IMG/VR virus record: IMGVR_UViG_3300017971_000203
From: a virus
Length of the DNA stretch: 64,000 nt
Strand: one strand, 5' to 3'
The position numbers and the translations under genes are program-made. The notes beneath the pieces are model-generated. The model made no database searches. It was given only the letters and a program-made list of their open reading frames with translations, and was not told the DNA's origin. Positions 37,301 through 44,831 of the stretch are shown here, piece by piece; position 1 is the stretch's first letter; each line of letters begins with the position of its first letter.

Positions 37301-38108
37301 CCGCCGTGACAACAGCCTTGGCGACCTTGTACTTGGCCTTCCAATCGGGCCCGAAAGCGTTCTTCGCCAGCTGCACGGTCTTCTTGGGAAGCTGGTCGAG
37401 CCCACCCTCCCCGTCGATGCCGTCCATGAGGTCGCCGATCGTCTGGGGCAAGACCTTCCCGGCTACCACGCCGAGCTCGGGCGGGCCCTCCGGCTCGGGC
37501 TCGGTCTTCGACGGCGGCACTTCTCCGGCGGCCGGTCCCGTCGCCGTGATGCCTTTGTCCTTGGCGGCCTTGTACTTTGCCTTCCAGTCATTGCCGAAAG
37601 CCACCTCGAAGGCCGTGTTCATCCCCGTATGCTTCGACTTGAGCACGTCGAAGCCCTGACCGGAGACGAAATTCACGAGGTCCTGATCTCCGAGGGCGTC
37701 GCCCTCCTTCAGCTTCTTCTGGATCGTCATCGCGAGCTCGGCCGGAGTCCCGGCCTCGATCTCGACCTTCCCAGAAGTCGGCTGCAGGTCGTGCGGACCC
37801 TTGTAACCAGGGGGCACCTTCCCCTTGACCATCTCCGCCCACTTCGAATCTGCGGGCGGGTCGATCAGATCCGGGTAGTGCTTCTGAACCTGGTCGTGGG
37901 TGATGAAGACCGGTTGAACCTTGGTCTTGTCTTTCTTCGACCACTTGAAACAGAACAACCTGTTCGGGGTGGCCTTGTAGTAGGATGCCTCACACAATTC
38001 GAGAGGAACCAGGGTGCTCGACATGCGACGACTCTTCGGCTGGAGGGGGTGGCGCGGGGGGCTTCCCCAATCTTGACAGCCCCCAGCGTATCCCTCGAGC
38101 GCCGCCAC
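31353..38108 (-). CDS. Giant (~2,200 aa) multidomain protein: two HipA/PI3K-like kinase domains and a possible C-terminal ADP-ribosyltransferase-fold domain
   Basis: FLFKP...DWAFANQDTKGRN...IGIDKEQ and WMFKL...DWCMSQHDSHAEN...IGIDKEQ. Start may be the ATG at 38024. Confidence 0.75.
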   Translation of the reverse strand: MAALEGYAGGCQDWGSPPRHPLQPKSRRMSSTLVPLELCEASYYKATPNRLFCFKWSKKDKTKVQPVFITHDQVQKHYPDLIDPPADSKWAEMVKGKVPPGYKGPHDLQPTSGKVEIEAGTPAELAMTIQKKLKEGDALGDQDLVNFVSGQGFDVLKSKHTGMNTAFEVAFGNDWKAKYKAAKDKGITATGPAAGEVPPSKTEPEPEGPPELGVVAGKVLPQTIGDLMDGIDGEGGLDQLPKKTVQLAKNAFGPDWKAKYKVAKAVVTAAQMLPMEAKPNGTLPPKDEIEAALPKLKELTGYPAKEARTLAATAWRLGQPPYQGTQMALINGLVAQHKKVEKKKGELPVAVMPSAAIEPEPVEPVPDPVDEDPYDEDEEPGPGKNLIGFSGKHKILFDLADEAGGFGYMDEEDDELLSEHFGKGWKSTAAALHFAYDAYSQMDSPEMAEKYGLDHDDVIDLFEDIVEVHDLKPGAEANFLGKFKDKTGGAFESLEGLSKLDETVDFPGLPQKYAVMLDTLNEFEGGVGGALENEELDEFFKEHFGDDWKNVAGSLTASMAMFQKVGGTEFDWTGPTVKAASEELEPELEVSAKYLRFVYRHGAALPGSTEDLKESRIKMMAGYYEKGAKDFAETPLDKIKEAVSANKVLPIGAGPPNLAGVMHAMKWQPGKAETLANAGETPEKYLDTQAAILATEVSKKLVEHFEDDPTKAVTNDLIIAAGLAPTPAVRSKVAGLVSAMAMSQVAIEKQTAFSDLKKFIKDEREKQKQFFATQMADSLWYPGTENPFTHAIATAKGEISSQSMDWKDLFDGLATAAMVKHIQDNFEGEGLLGASKDRAIGAGFGMTQYSVGKIYATTAAIQDFPAHKNTLAYVLSEQVSKSKSGALVPSFGATPTLMEAAKKAGVLSMGQKDQAAVVLAGSYLDPSTGTISGGMPASSYQQLFGEDWKEHVAAAMLTNELMAAASIAELQVSPNWLKAQKQQLKHKYGLKTIGALNGMMAAAAAGEVQAVKKKLKKAAKVEGHWMNPVPAQSGSSVPPVGFEVPDIPPIEAMTLGANAQAQLGGNKPKFFVSAPGQPNKFLFKPGKVKGLAAQAASDLSSLVVESEHFVSSKACTIGGKTGAVQALIPNLGSVAPAGTGEGGKQVPVSTIKNMSDDQLRDLLRERVMDWAFANQDTKGRNFLLDAGNRVIGIDKEQAFLHLDQSILALGHQAKPNPTPSIYDQLFKAYVGQKVELDFNSVEPYVSRIENIPDSKWMEAVDPYLSAHAAEQGWTASQLEAKRQAVLKRKNGIRQEFEDFFTRLREARGEVAFKFKKKKPSVSPGTPAHELPVPDLKDLTPTETPPGGTAGAGIKEFYEDQNGQIWMFKLAKTKGYGGKDKPYAAAAQDAFAKIAKQVKPDHPNVGMVKRKKGGATEYGTLQPWLPGVQGSLLPMQHSPASLTDSQKADVASEHVLDWCMSQHDSHAENFMVLESGKVIGIDKEQGWRYMISGEERLDANWKPSGNYETPFYNKFWGDWSKGKFEFDPKEMAGAIEKVEAIKPDEFRESVRPYAEQRFPGDKAKQEAFIQKMLGRKTSVRRDFEVFLTGLARTKHNDSKGTFTFKDGWKPSTAAAGPTTETFTTTKSAEEVAWDKYGCNTAEHKNDDTLIMVRHTNGSDPAHAKSQINGCLAELGISPVGPTIKGSYYTLTPVKKSDWEAASVTTTETVTTQPEDAVPIHPHPGQATYLSTSPPPPAAPGNMEQLDKLINDTTDWAGVGWGGFAITGDADLIKSHTFRVRKNRDQAGKDYYTVQFRVRDKKALEQPDDFGTTYTAPWAPFDESTGVFQEEPPIGVPIAHMTSNKWETGDSEAFMMTGEVNVPGKGTEPNARAVKDIMVMKVRPKSGQSFKAAFEEMTKKVFGSDASKVLRNPSDSDKDKLRMQALLWAKSPQEADLLTASTGTLTKENVALSLYSNTFDGLSAARKKHAGDIAELGTLLRKSNPTSSDTAEAIKLLRKRLSAVGVKKEEIDATEQAEIAPGLTGPVQRGRWSKIRDDDGEPLVRYCSWALSNPKHLVNILQTGQKGPNGRIFGGLGAKGESVISGYTNDMRTGGADKITFRTSFSTQDSWKDCLDYGGVGTSGGHPINIILAPDILDRLDLVQVGEDTFGSTVAGSWTDRAALPKALKKISGRHKGNRAEIIANQAIGPNYIARINILPSADPSGQIRKDVIQRLRDAGIEDVNGVPIEDFVVSERKVGDVYSKYVKPMGYY

Positions 38109-38124
38109 GACAAGACCCGCTCAC

Positions 38125-38928
38125 TCAGAACGGTGCGTCGTCCTCGTCCAGGTCGTCACCCCGGGCCGCCTGCTGCAACTCGAGCTCGGCCCGCTTCCCA
38201 GCTTCTTTCAGCACAGGCGCCAGGAAGTCGTTGATGTCCTTGTTCGCGAAGGCACAGTACCGAAGCACCACGTCCATGGCGCGGCGGCCCTTCTGATTGA
38301 GCCGCACGTAGATGTGCTTCTTCGCCCCGTACACGAAGACCATGAAGCTCTTGTCGAGGGTGTCCCCGTACTCGTTGAAGAGCTCCTGGAGGATCACCGC
38401 GAGGTCGTCCATGGACTTCGCGTTCTTCGCCTTCTGCTCGAACTTCTTGCTCTGCTCGGGAGTCAGAGACTTCTTCACCTGCGACCCAATCTCCCCGATG
38501 ATCCGCTTGAACGCGCGCTGGTCCGTGAAGGCGAACATCTCCTGCAAGGGCTCCTTGCCGTACTTCTCCGCCATCCGGTTGTAGAGTTCGATCATCTTCT
38601 CCGCGTTGAGCTTCCCAGCCAGCACGTTGAGCCGAACGACCTCGAACTCCTGGAGGTCCTCGTCCCACTCATCCAGGGGGAGGATGAGCGCAGGGACCGC
38701 ATCGAGCTGCGCCTCCTTGGCAGCCCTCCACCGGTGTTCGCCGCCGATGATGCGATAACGACCGTTCTGGAGGTCCACCACTGTGATGGGAGATATGAAC
38801 CCGACCCCCTCCCGACCGATCTCCTTCACGAGGCGCGTGAACGTCGGGTCGTCCATGCTCTGGGGATTCGACCTCGTCGGGACCAGAACGTCCACAGAGA
38901 GGTACTCGAGCGGGTAACGCCGGGCCAC
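38125..38928 (-). CDS. ParB/Srx N-terminal domain protein
   Basis: NPQSM...PITV...YRIIGGEHRWRAA motif. Confidence 0.85.
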   Translation of the reverse strand: MARRYPLEYLSVDVLVPTRSNPQSMDDPTFTRLVKEIGREGVGFISPITVVDLQNGRYRIIGGEHRWRAAKEAQLDAVPALILPLDEWDEDLQEFEVVRLNVLAGKLNAEKMIELYNRMAEKYGKEPLQEMFAFTDQRAFKRIIGEIGSQVKKSLTPEQSKKFEQKAKNAKSMDDLAVILQELFNEYGDTLDKSFMVFVYGAKKHIYVRLNQKGRRAMDVVLRYCAFANKDINDFLAPVLKEAGKRAELELQQAARGDDLDEDDAPF

Positions 38929-38929
38929 G

Positions 38930-39178
38930 TCACAGCCCCCCTTCTTCCATGACCGAAATCAGGGTCGAGAGCATGCTCTCCACAACCGTGAATTCCGCAA
39001 CCATTTGCTTCACGAACTGATCGTAGTGCATAGCGTCCTTGAACTGGAACCCGGAAACCGAGAGCTCCTTCATCTTCATCTGCCACATCTCAAGGATCTG
39101 GTGGCAGTTCTGGATCTGCCCGCACAGAATGTCAGGCATTATCGGAAAGGTCAGAAACTGTCCCTGCTGAATCGGCAT
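38930..39178 (-). CDS. Hypothetical protein
   Basis: RBS GAGG; tiles the operon. Confidence 0.55.
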   Translation of the reverse strand: MPIQQGQFLTFPIMPDILCGQIQNCHQILEMWQMKMKELSVSGFQFKDAMHYDQFVKQMVAEFTVVESMLSTLISVMEEGGL

Positions 39179-40073
39179 TGTCTTCCTCGTCGTCGTACAT
39201 CTGGGCCATGCGCTGCAGCGTTCTGGCCCCGTACAAGAGATCCATCCCGCTGCCCTGCGTGTCCATCACAATCATACGCACCCCGAACAGGTTCTCGAGG
39301 TTCGCCAGGTAAGCCAGGAACTCATCGCTGCCCGGGGGACACGATCCGTTCGTAGCCAGGTAGTCCATACAGACCAGGGTCAGAAGGTGCCCTCGCTTCG
39401 CGCTCTTCGCAATGAACTCACAGCAAGACAGCGCTTCGTTCACGATCGCCTTCTGGTCCGGGTAGAGCCGGAAGCGCACCCAGTCGCTCTCCGGGATCTC
39501 CTCCACGGTCGGCTCTTCGTAGGCCTCCTCCGGGGTGTCCGCCTTCCCCGTTTCCACGGCCTTCTCGGCTTCCTTCTGCGCCTCCTTGAGCGCGTGCCGA
39601 TACGCCCGGATAGCATCGGAGAGGTCCTCGTAGCGACAGTTCTCGGCCTTCTCCACCCACGCCGCCACGTTGGTGGGAGTCAAGACCCCCACGAGCTCCC
39701 GCGTCTTCGAATAACCCAGCCGGATGATACGCTTCTTCAGATCCGGATCCAGCTCGGACAGGTCGTCTACCTCCAGACGATAGAAGATCCGCCGAAGAAA
39801 GCGCACCTTCCGGTCCCGCATCCCGAGCACGTCGTAGGCGAACTGCTCGACGTTGTCGTACCCCCAGAAGGTACACACAGGAGGCTTCGTAGGGTCGTTG
39901 TCGATGGGGACATCGTAGAAAGTGTAGAGGATCCGCCCTAGCTCCAGGTAGCCGGCATCCAGGTCCTCCTGCAGCCGCACCGCCCTGTTCCGAAGCTCCT
40001 CGGCCCAGGCTCTCGAGCCCACCGGAAACTCACTCGGAAACGTCACCCGCAACGTGTTGCCCTCTTGCATCAC
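39132..40073 (-). CDS. Hypothetical helical protein
   Basis: Tiles the operon. Confidence 0.65.
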   Translation of the reverse strand: MMQEGNTLRVTFPSEFPVGSRAWAEELRNRAVRLQEDLDAGYLELGRILYTFYDVPIDNDPTKPPVCTFWGYDNVEQFAYDVLGMRDRKVRFLRRIFYRLEVDDLSELDPDLKKRIIRLGYSKTRELVGVLTPTNVAAWVEKAENCRYEDLSDAIRAYRHALKEAQKEAEKAVETGKADTPEEAYEEPTVEEIPESDWVRFRLYPDQKAIVNEALSCCEFIAKSAKRGHLLTLVCMDYLATNGSCPPGSDEFLAYLANLENLFGVRMIVMDTQGSGMDLLYGARTLQRMAQMYDDEEDNADSAGTVSDLSDNA

Positions 40074-40077
40074 ACCC

Positions 40078-40680
40078 TCACAGTCGGTACAGCCGCACCA
40101 CCACCATCGAGCCCTCGTACTTCGCCGCGTAGCAGCCCCGAATCGACCAGGAAACGATCTGCTTGTCGTTGCCCAGCACAGACTTGTCCAGGGCGTCCCC
40201 CACGGTCTTGAGCACGTTGTCGCCGTCCGGGATCGTCTCCCGCCAGATCCGGCCCTCCGGGTCCTTCTTCCGGTAGAGCCTCTTCGGCCGGTCCGCGATC
40301 GCCTCGACCTTGAGCACCACCGGGCCCGTGATCAGCTGCACTCTCTCCGTGCTCTTCCGCAGCTGGTTCTTGAACAGGAAAGCCGCCGCCTGCTCCCACT
40401 CCGAAGTCTTCGTGGGCGTGTAGGTGTGCGGGATCGTCCTCCCGTCCTTGGTCTTGATACGCACGCTCTTCGGGCGCGCCTTCCCGATCGGCGGACCGAG
40501 GATCTCCACTCGGAAGAACAGTGGCAAGAACCGCGTGATCCAGTCATCCAGGATACAGAACGCCGCGTACTGAACGTGAGCCTCACCCCTCCTGGAAGCC
40601 GCCTGGAACACGGCCCCGACGTCCTCGATATCAAGATCGGAAAGGCGCAGCACCTTCCGCCTATACTCCTCACCGTCCAT
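40078..40680 (-). CDS. rusA: RusA-family Holliday junction resolvase
   Basis: GKARP...YTP and PDGDNVLKTVGDAL...NDKQI motifs. Confidence 0.85.
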   Translation of the reverse strand: MDGEEYRRKVLRLSDLDIEDVGAVFQAASRRGEAHVQYAAFCILDDWITRFLPLFFRVEILGPPIGKARPKSVRIKTKDGRTIPHTYTPTKTSEWEQAAAFLFKNQLRKSTERVQLITGPVVLKVEAIADRPKRLYRKKDPEGRIWRETIPDGDNVLKTVGDALDKSVLGNDKQIVSWSIRGCYAAKYEGSMVVVRLYRL

Positions 40681-40993
40681 CGGGGACCCCCGCAACGAAC
40701 ATCCGACCGGTGAGAACCACGGCCGCCAGGATCGTGTCCGCGTCCTCAATCCGGTACAAACGCAGGTCCTTCGTCAACCGGATCGACCTGTTCTTTCGCA
40801 CCTCCCGGCACAGCTGCCGGAACTCTTCGGAAACCCCCACAGAGGTGTCTTCGTACAGATAGCAGAGCGAACAGACAGCATCGTCTTCCGGGCCGACTCG
40901 GAGCTTCCATCGAGCCCGCTCCTCGCCGCAGATGTTGCACTCACAGGTGTTCCTCGGGGTGAGTTTGTCCGGGAGCTGTACGGGGTGCTTCAA
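40670..40993 (-). CDS. Zinc-finger protein
   Basis: CNIC...CSLC. Confidence 0.55.
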   Translation of the reverse strand: MKHPVQLPDKLTPRNTCECNICGEERARWKLRVGPEDDAVCSLCYLYEDTSVGVSEEFRQLCREVRKNRSIRLTKDLRLYRIEDADTILAAVVLTGRMFVAGVPDGR

Positions 40994-41961
40994 AACGGCA
41001 TCTCCTCTTTCTTGGGCTTCTCACACTCGAAGCAGGTATCCAGCACAGCGCACTCCTTAGCGCGCGGCGCGCGGGCGCTCTTGCACACACGATCAGGAAG
41101 CGGTCCACCCTCCACGCCGTCCCAGAGCGACGACAACGCCCCCCTCATCCGGGCAAGGAAGTCCTCGTCCCGCTCAATGTGATGCTCCACCAGGGACCTC
41201 GTTCCGAAAGTCCCTTTGGCCCAGTACAGGATGCACGCCCACTTGAGCCCGGTCGCGAGCAGGTACACATGCGCCTGTGCGACGTGCTTGATGTCAGGCC
41301 GATCACGGACCTTGTAAGCCCCGTTGTTGCTGATGCTCTTCACCTCGAGCAGCCCGAGGTCCTCCCTCCACGGCACCTTCAGGAAGCCGTCCGGGTGCCC
41401 GCCGATCCGGAGCTCCGGGACACCGAACCACATCTCCTCGTACTCGAAGTTCGACCACTCGTCCTCGGCTTCGAAGCCGCACTCACAGCAGCTGTCCGGG
41501 CGGGGGACAACCGAGCGCATCTGGTCCTGCATGAACTCCGCGAAAGGGATCACCGAGTTGCTCAGGAGCTGAGTTCGCGTCAGCTCCTTGAGCCTCTCCA
41601 GACGCGCCTTGTCGTCGTCGGAGAGCCCGCCATAGAGAGCCCCGCACAAGCAGCAGCGCCAACTCCCGAGGAGCAAATCGAGCTCCGGGAGGAGTCTGTT
41701 CTGCAACCCCCAATGCAAAGAAGTCCCGTGCAGAAACGTCAAGAGCAAGTTCGCATTGACCGCGTCCACCCGGGGGAGCTCCATCCGATGCAAGTACACG
41801 TAGGCCCGGGGACAGATGTATGGGATGCTCGAAGCCCTCAACCACTCTGCCTCTGTGAACGGCGGCTTTATCTCATTCCTGACATAACCCCGCTCCACGA
41901 GCTCTCGAATCGTCCCGCCTGCCTGTGAAGCAATCAGCGAGGTAGTAGTCTTCGCACCCAT
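40990..41961 (-). CDS. Cas4-like PD-(D/E)XK exonuclease
   Basis: RASS..CPR, GTSLH, GHPDG, LLEVKS, QAHVY, plus three C-terminal Cys (Fe-S pattern). Confidence 0.8.
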   Translation of the reverse strand: MGAKTTTSLIASQAGGTIRELVERGYVRNEIKPPFTEAEWLRASSIPYICPRAYVYLHRMELPRVDAVNANLLLTFLHGTSLHWGLQNRLLPELDLLLGSWRCCLCGALYGGLSDDDKARLERLKELTRTQLLSNSVIPFAEFMQDQMRSVVPRPDSCCECGFEAEDEWSNFEYEEMWFGVPELRIGGHPDGFLKVPWREDLGLLEVKSISNNGAYKVRDRPDIKHVAQAHVYLLATGLKWACILYWAKGTFGTRSLVEHHIERDEDFLARMRGALSSLWDGVEGGPLPDRVCKSARAPRAKECAVLDTCFECEKPKKEEMPF

Positions 41962-42293
41962 GATAATCTCCCCCTCCTGGGCTTCAGGAAGTCTCTCAGA
42001 GCCGTCATCACGCCCACGTACTGGTCGATGAGCGCCACCGCTTCGTCGCTGTAGAAAACAAACTCACAGTCCCGGCACGTCCACGAGCTGTCTTTCCACT
42101 CGAAGAGGTCTTCACAGCTCACGCACATGAAGCACACTTTTGGCTCCCCGGAATCGGGGCTCTCGAAGAAGTACGGGCGCACTTTCCCCGACAAAACCGA
42201 TGTAGCCGAGACCGCCTCGGGCTTGTAACCCCCTTCCAGAAGCCGCTGCGCCTCCTCGAGCCTCTTCTCCTGCCCTCTACTCAGCATCGACAT
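41934..42293 (-). CDS. Zinc-ribbon protein
   Basis: CVSC...CRDC. Confidence 0.55.
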   Translation of the reverse strand: MSMLSRGQEKRLEEAQRLLEGGYKPEAVSATSVLSGKVRPYFFESPDSGEPKVCFMCVSCEDLFEWKDSSWTCRDCEFVFYSDEAVALIDQYVGVMTALRDFLKPRRGRLSWVRRLLPR

Positions 42294-42849
42294 TGATCAA
42301 CCTCTCGAACACCTCGAGCGGGAGCAATACCCAATCTTGGTAGGGGGTTGCCGCCCGCATGGCTCCTCGCCCTGACGCCCCTTCGAACGTGACGACCAGA
42401 GCCGGCTTCTTCCCCTCCTGAGAAGCTCCCTCGGACACCTTCGCCAACCACTCCTTCTGGAGCCGTATCGACCTCGCCTTGGTCCGCTTGTGCTCCACGT
42501 GAAACCCGGGAACTGTCAGGTCTCCTTTCCTCGTCACCCTCTTCCCCTTTGACCGAATGACCGTCTGGTCCCCTCTCCCGAGCCGCACCATTCCGAACCT
42601 GGAGTGCGCCCCCTGCCACTTCGAGAACGTACCCGCCCCGGAAGCAGGAAGCCTATACCCCCCGAGCCGTTCCGCGACACGATCCTCGTGCTTCTTCGTG
42701 TTCTCTGCATCGCGCCTCTTCCGGCTCTTGGGCTTCGGGATCTTCACCTCTGCTCCTCGTGACCGCAGCCACGGCACCTCCACTGAAAAGGAGGGGGAAA
42801 CGCTCCCACCGAGCCCTCGATGACCATCCCGCCACCACACTTCGGACAA
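42277..42849 (-). CDS. PD-(D/E)XK nuclease, Hjc-like resolvase
   Basis: HEDRVA...PASGAG...KGDL...VEHKRT motif; start uncertain. Confidence 0.7.
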   Translation of the reverse strand: MSEVWWRDGHRGLGGSVSPSFSVEVPWLRSRGAEVKIPKPKSRKRRDAENTKKHEDRVAERLGGYRLPASGAGTFSKWQGAHSRFGMVRLGRGDQTVIRSKGKRVTRKGDLTVPGFHVEHKRTKARSIRLQKEWLAKVSEGASQEGKKPALVVTFEGASGRGAMRAATPYQDWVLLPLEVFERLINVDAE

Positions 42850-42865
42850 AGGTCCGACTCAGGCG

Positions 42866-43957
42866 CTACGGGCGGCACATCACCGTCGCCAATACCTCCC
42901 TCACCTTCCACCAGAAAGGGAGGTCCTGCTGCATCTGCTTCGTCGCATCCTTCTGGATCCGGAACTCTTCCCCTGCGAGTACCCACGGCTTCCCCTTCTT
43001 CTTCGACTGCTTGAGAAGTCCGAACTCCTTCAACCGATCCACCGGCCACCCACCGTCATCGAAGTCCCCGCGGCAGAGGTCTTTCGAATTCTTGAACAGA
43101 AGCCGGAACTCACCGGCACGACGGGGGTCGAACGTCTTGTTCTTGTGCACACGGAACTTCACCACCGCACAGTCCGGCTCGTTGGCCCCGGCGCCCTTCT
43201 TCGGCTCGTACCCGACCGGAGAGAAGCGGGTCTCCGTACACGCCGCGTACTGGGGCATGGACCCGCCCGGCTTCACCTCAGGGGAACCGAACATGACAGA
43301 GGGATCGACCCGGGTGTGGTTCGTCACCAGCACCGTGGGATACCTACCGAACTCCGCATAGCAGCCCCGGAACGCCATCGCGATCTTCTGCGTGCCCTTC
43401 GACAGCAGCCGAGCCTGCACAGCCATGTGGTCCTTCCCGGAAGACTCCTCGATCACGGTAGTCGGCACGAGAAGCGCCAGGGAATCGATGACCAATAGGT
43501 CCAAACTGCCGCTCCGGATCAGAGCTTCCGCGACATCCAGGCCCATCTCCCCGTGAGTAGGCTCACAGAACACGAGCGCATCGACATCCACGCCGAGGGT
43601 CCGGGCCCACCGCTTCTCGAAATCGTTCTCCGTCGAGATCAGAGCCGTCACAGAAGGCTTCTGCTTCCCGCAGACGCACACCTCCAAAGGCACAAAGCAG
43701 CTGGAACAGCACTTCTGCGCCATCGCGATGCCCTTCAGAGTGGTCGCCGTCTTTGCCGAGGACGGGGGACCGAAAATCGTGTGGAAGCGACCTATGGTCC
43801 AGCCCCCTCCGAGAGAAATGTCCAACCGCAGTGAACCCGACGACCAGCGGGGCATGTTCTCAGCTCTGGCCTCGGCAGCCAACTGGATGGCCCCCTCGCC
43901 GAAGTCCTCCACGAGCTTGTCGACCGCCGCTTTTCCCAAGATGTCCTTGAGGTCCAC
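42866..43957 (-). CDS. recA: RecA/UvsX-like recombinase
   Basis: SSGSLRLDISLGGG, GPPSSAKT, LLVIDSLALLVP, QARLLS and VHKNK motifs. Confidence 0.9.
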   Translation of the reverse strand: MDLKDILGKAAVDKLVEDFGEGAIQLAAEARAENMPRWSSGSLRLDISLGGGWTIGRFHTIFGPPSSAKTATTLKGIAMAQKCCSSCFVPLEVCVCGKQKPSVTALISTENDFEKRWARTLGVDVDALVFCEPTHGEMGLDVAEALIRSGSLDLLVIDSLALLVPTTVIEESSGKDHMAVQARLLSKGTQKIAMAFRGCYAEFGRYPTVLVTNHTRVDPSVMFGSPEVKPGGSMPQYAACTETRFSPVGYEPKKGAGANEPDCAVVKFRVHKNKTFDPRRAGEFRLLFKNSKDLCRGDFDDGGWPVDRLKEFGLLKQSKKKGKPWVLAGEEFRIQKDATKQMQQDLPFWWKVREVLATVMCRP

Positions 43958-44772
43958 TACACCACCACCGCCCCGAGGAGACCCGACTCTTTCCAGGCCT
44001 CCTTCACCTTGCCCGCGAAGACAGGCCAGCTCTTCTTCTCCGCCACACCGCCGAGGTCATCCACGATGTCCCGGGCCGCGACAATCATCCCGTAGCTGTA
44101 GAGGCGGTGATTCCCACCCGTCCGCAACGTCGTCTTCGGCAGATACCCGTTCTTCTCCATCCTGAGCACGGCCGACGTCGTCCGGCCCATTGCCTCAGAG
44201 AGCACGCCCACGCGGTAGAGCCTCTTCAAGCTCTCCTCCCCAGAAGACAAGCGGACCTTCACCACGAATTTCTTCGCCTTGGCAAAGACCTGCTTCTCGT
44301 CCTCCTTGATGAGCCCCGACGCGATGGCTACATCCCGGATCTCGGCAATCAGCTTCTCAGGGTAGAGCCGGTCTCCACGCCGAGCTCGGCGCAGATCCGT
44401 GGTCGGGATCTTCCCCTTCTTCTCCCAGATCCGAACCGTCTGCACAGACCTCCGCAAAACCAGCGCCACCGCCCCGATCGTGTAGACACGGCCCCGGTAA
44501 GTCCTGCCGTCTGCGAGCTCAGGATTCACCAGGCACTCGAACCCCGCATCCGCAATGACCTTGATGGCCCTGCGACGCGCCTCCTTCTCCTCCCGGGCGG
44601 CAATGGCCTCCGGCGTGTTCGCACGCTTCTCCCGAGAAGTCCTGTTCTGGTCCAAAACCCGCTTCCTGTAGACCGGGTTCCTCTTGTACCGCTCACGGCG
44701 GTCCAGGTTCCGCTGTGCCTTGTTCTCTTCCCACCACTGCTTGAAGCTCCAATCCGAGCTGTCTCCTAACAT
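43957..44772 (-). CDS. Tandem MerR-type HTH DNA-binding protein
   Basis: YTIGAVA...TVRIWEKKGKIP...RLY and YRVGVLS...LRMEKNGYLP...HRLY; own promoter TTGACT-17-TAGAGG (44795-44823). Confidence 0.78.
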   Translation of the reverse strand: MLGDSSDWSFKQWWEENKAQRNLDRRERYKRNPVYRKRVLDQNRTSREKRANTPEAIAAREEKEARRRAIKVIADAGFECLVNPELADGRTYRGRVYTIGAVALVLRRSVQTVRIWEKKGKIPTTDLRRARRGDRLYPEKLIAEIRDVAIASGLIKEDEKQVFAKAKKFVVKVRLSSGEESLKRLYRVGVLSEAMGRTTSAVLRMEKNGYLPKTTLRTGGNHRLYSYGMIVAARDIVDDLGGVAEKKSWPVFAGKVKEAWKESGLLGAVVV

Positions 44773-44831
44773 GACAACCTCCCCGTGCACCTTCCCTCTA
44801 CCATGTCGCGCTGAAATAGTCAAGCAAACCC

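Noticed and set aside
40990-41961. CRISPR-Cas system suggested by the Cas4-like gene
   Set aside because: No array or other cas genes seen; solo Cas4-like nucleases are common in phage recombination modules.
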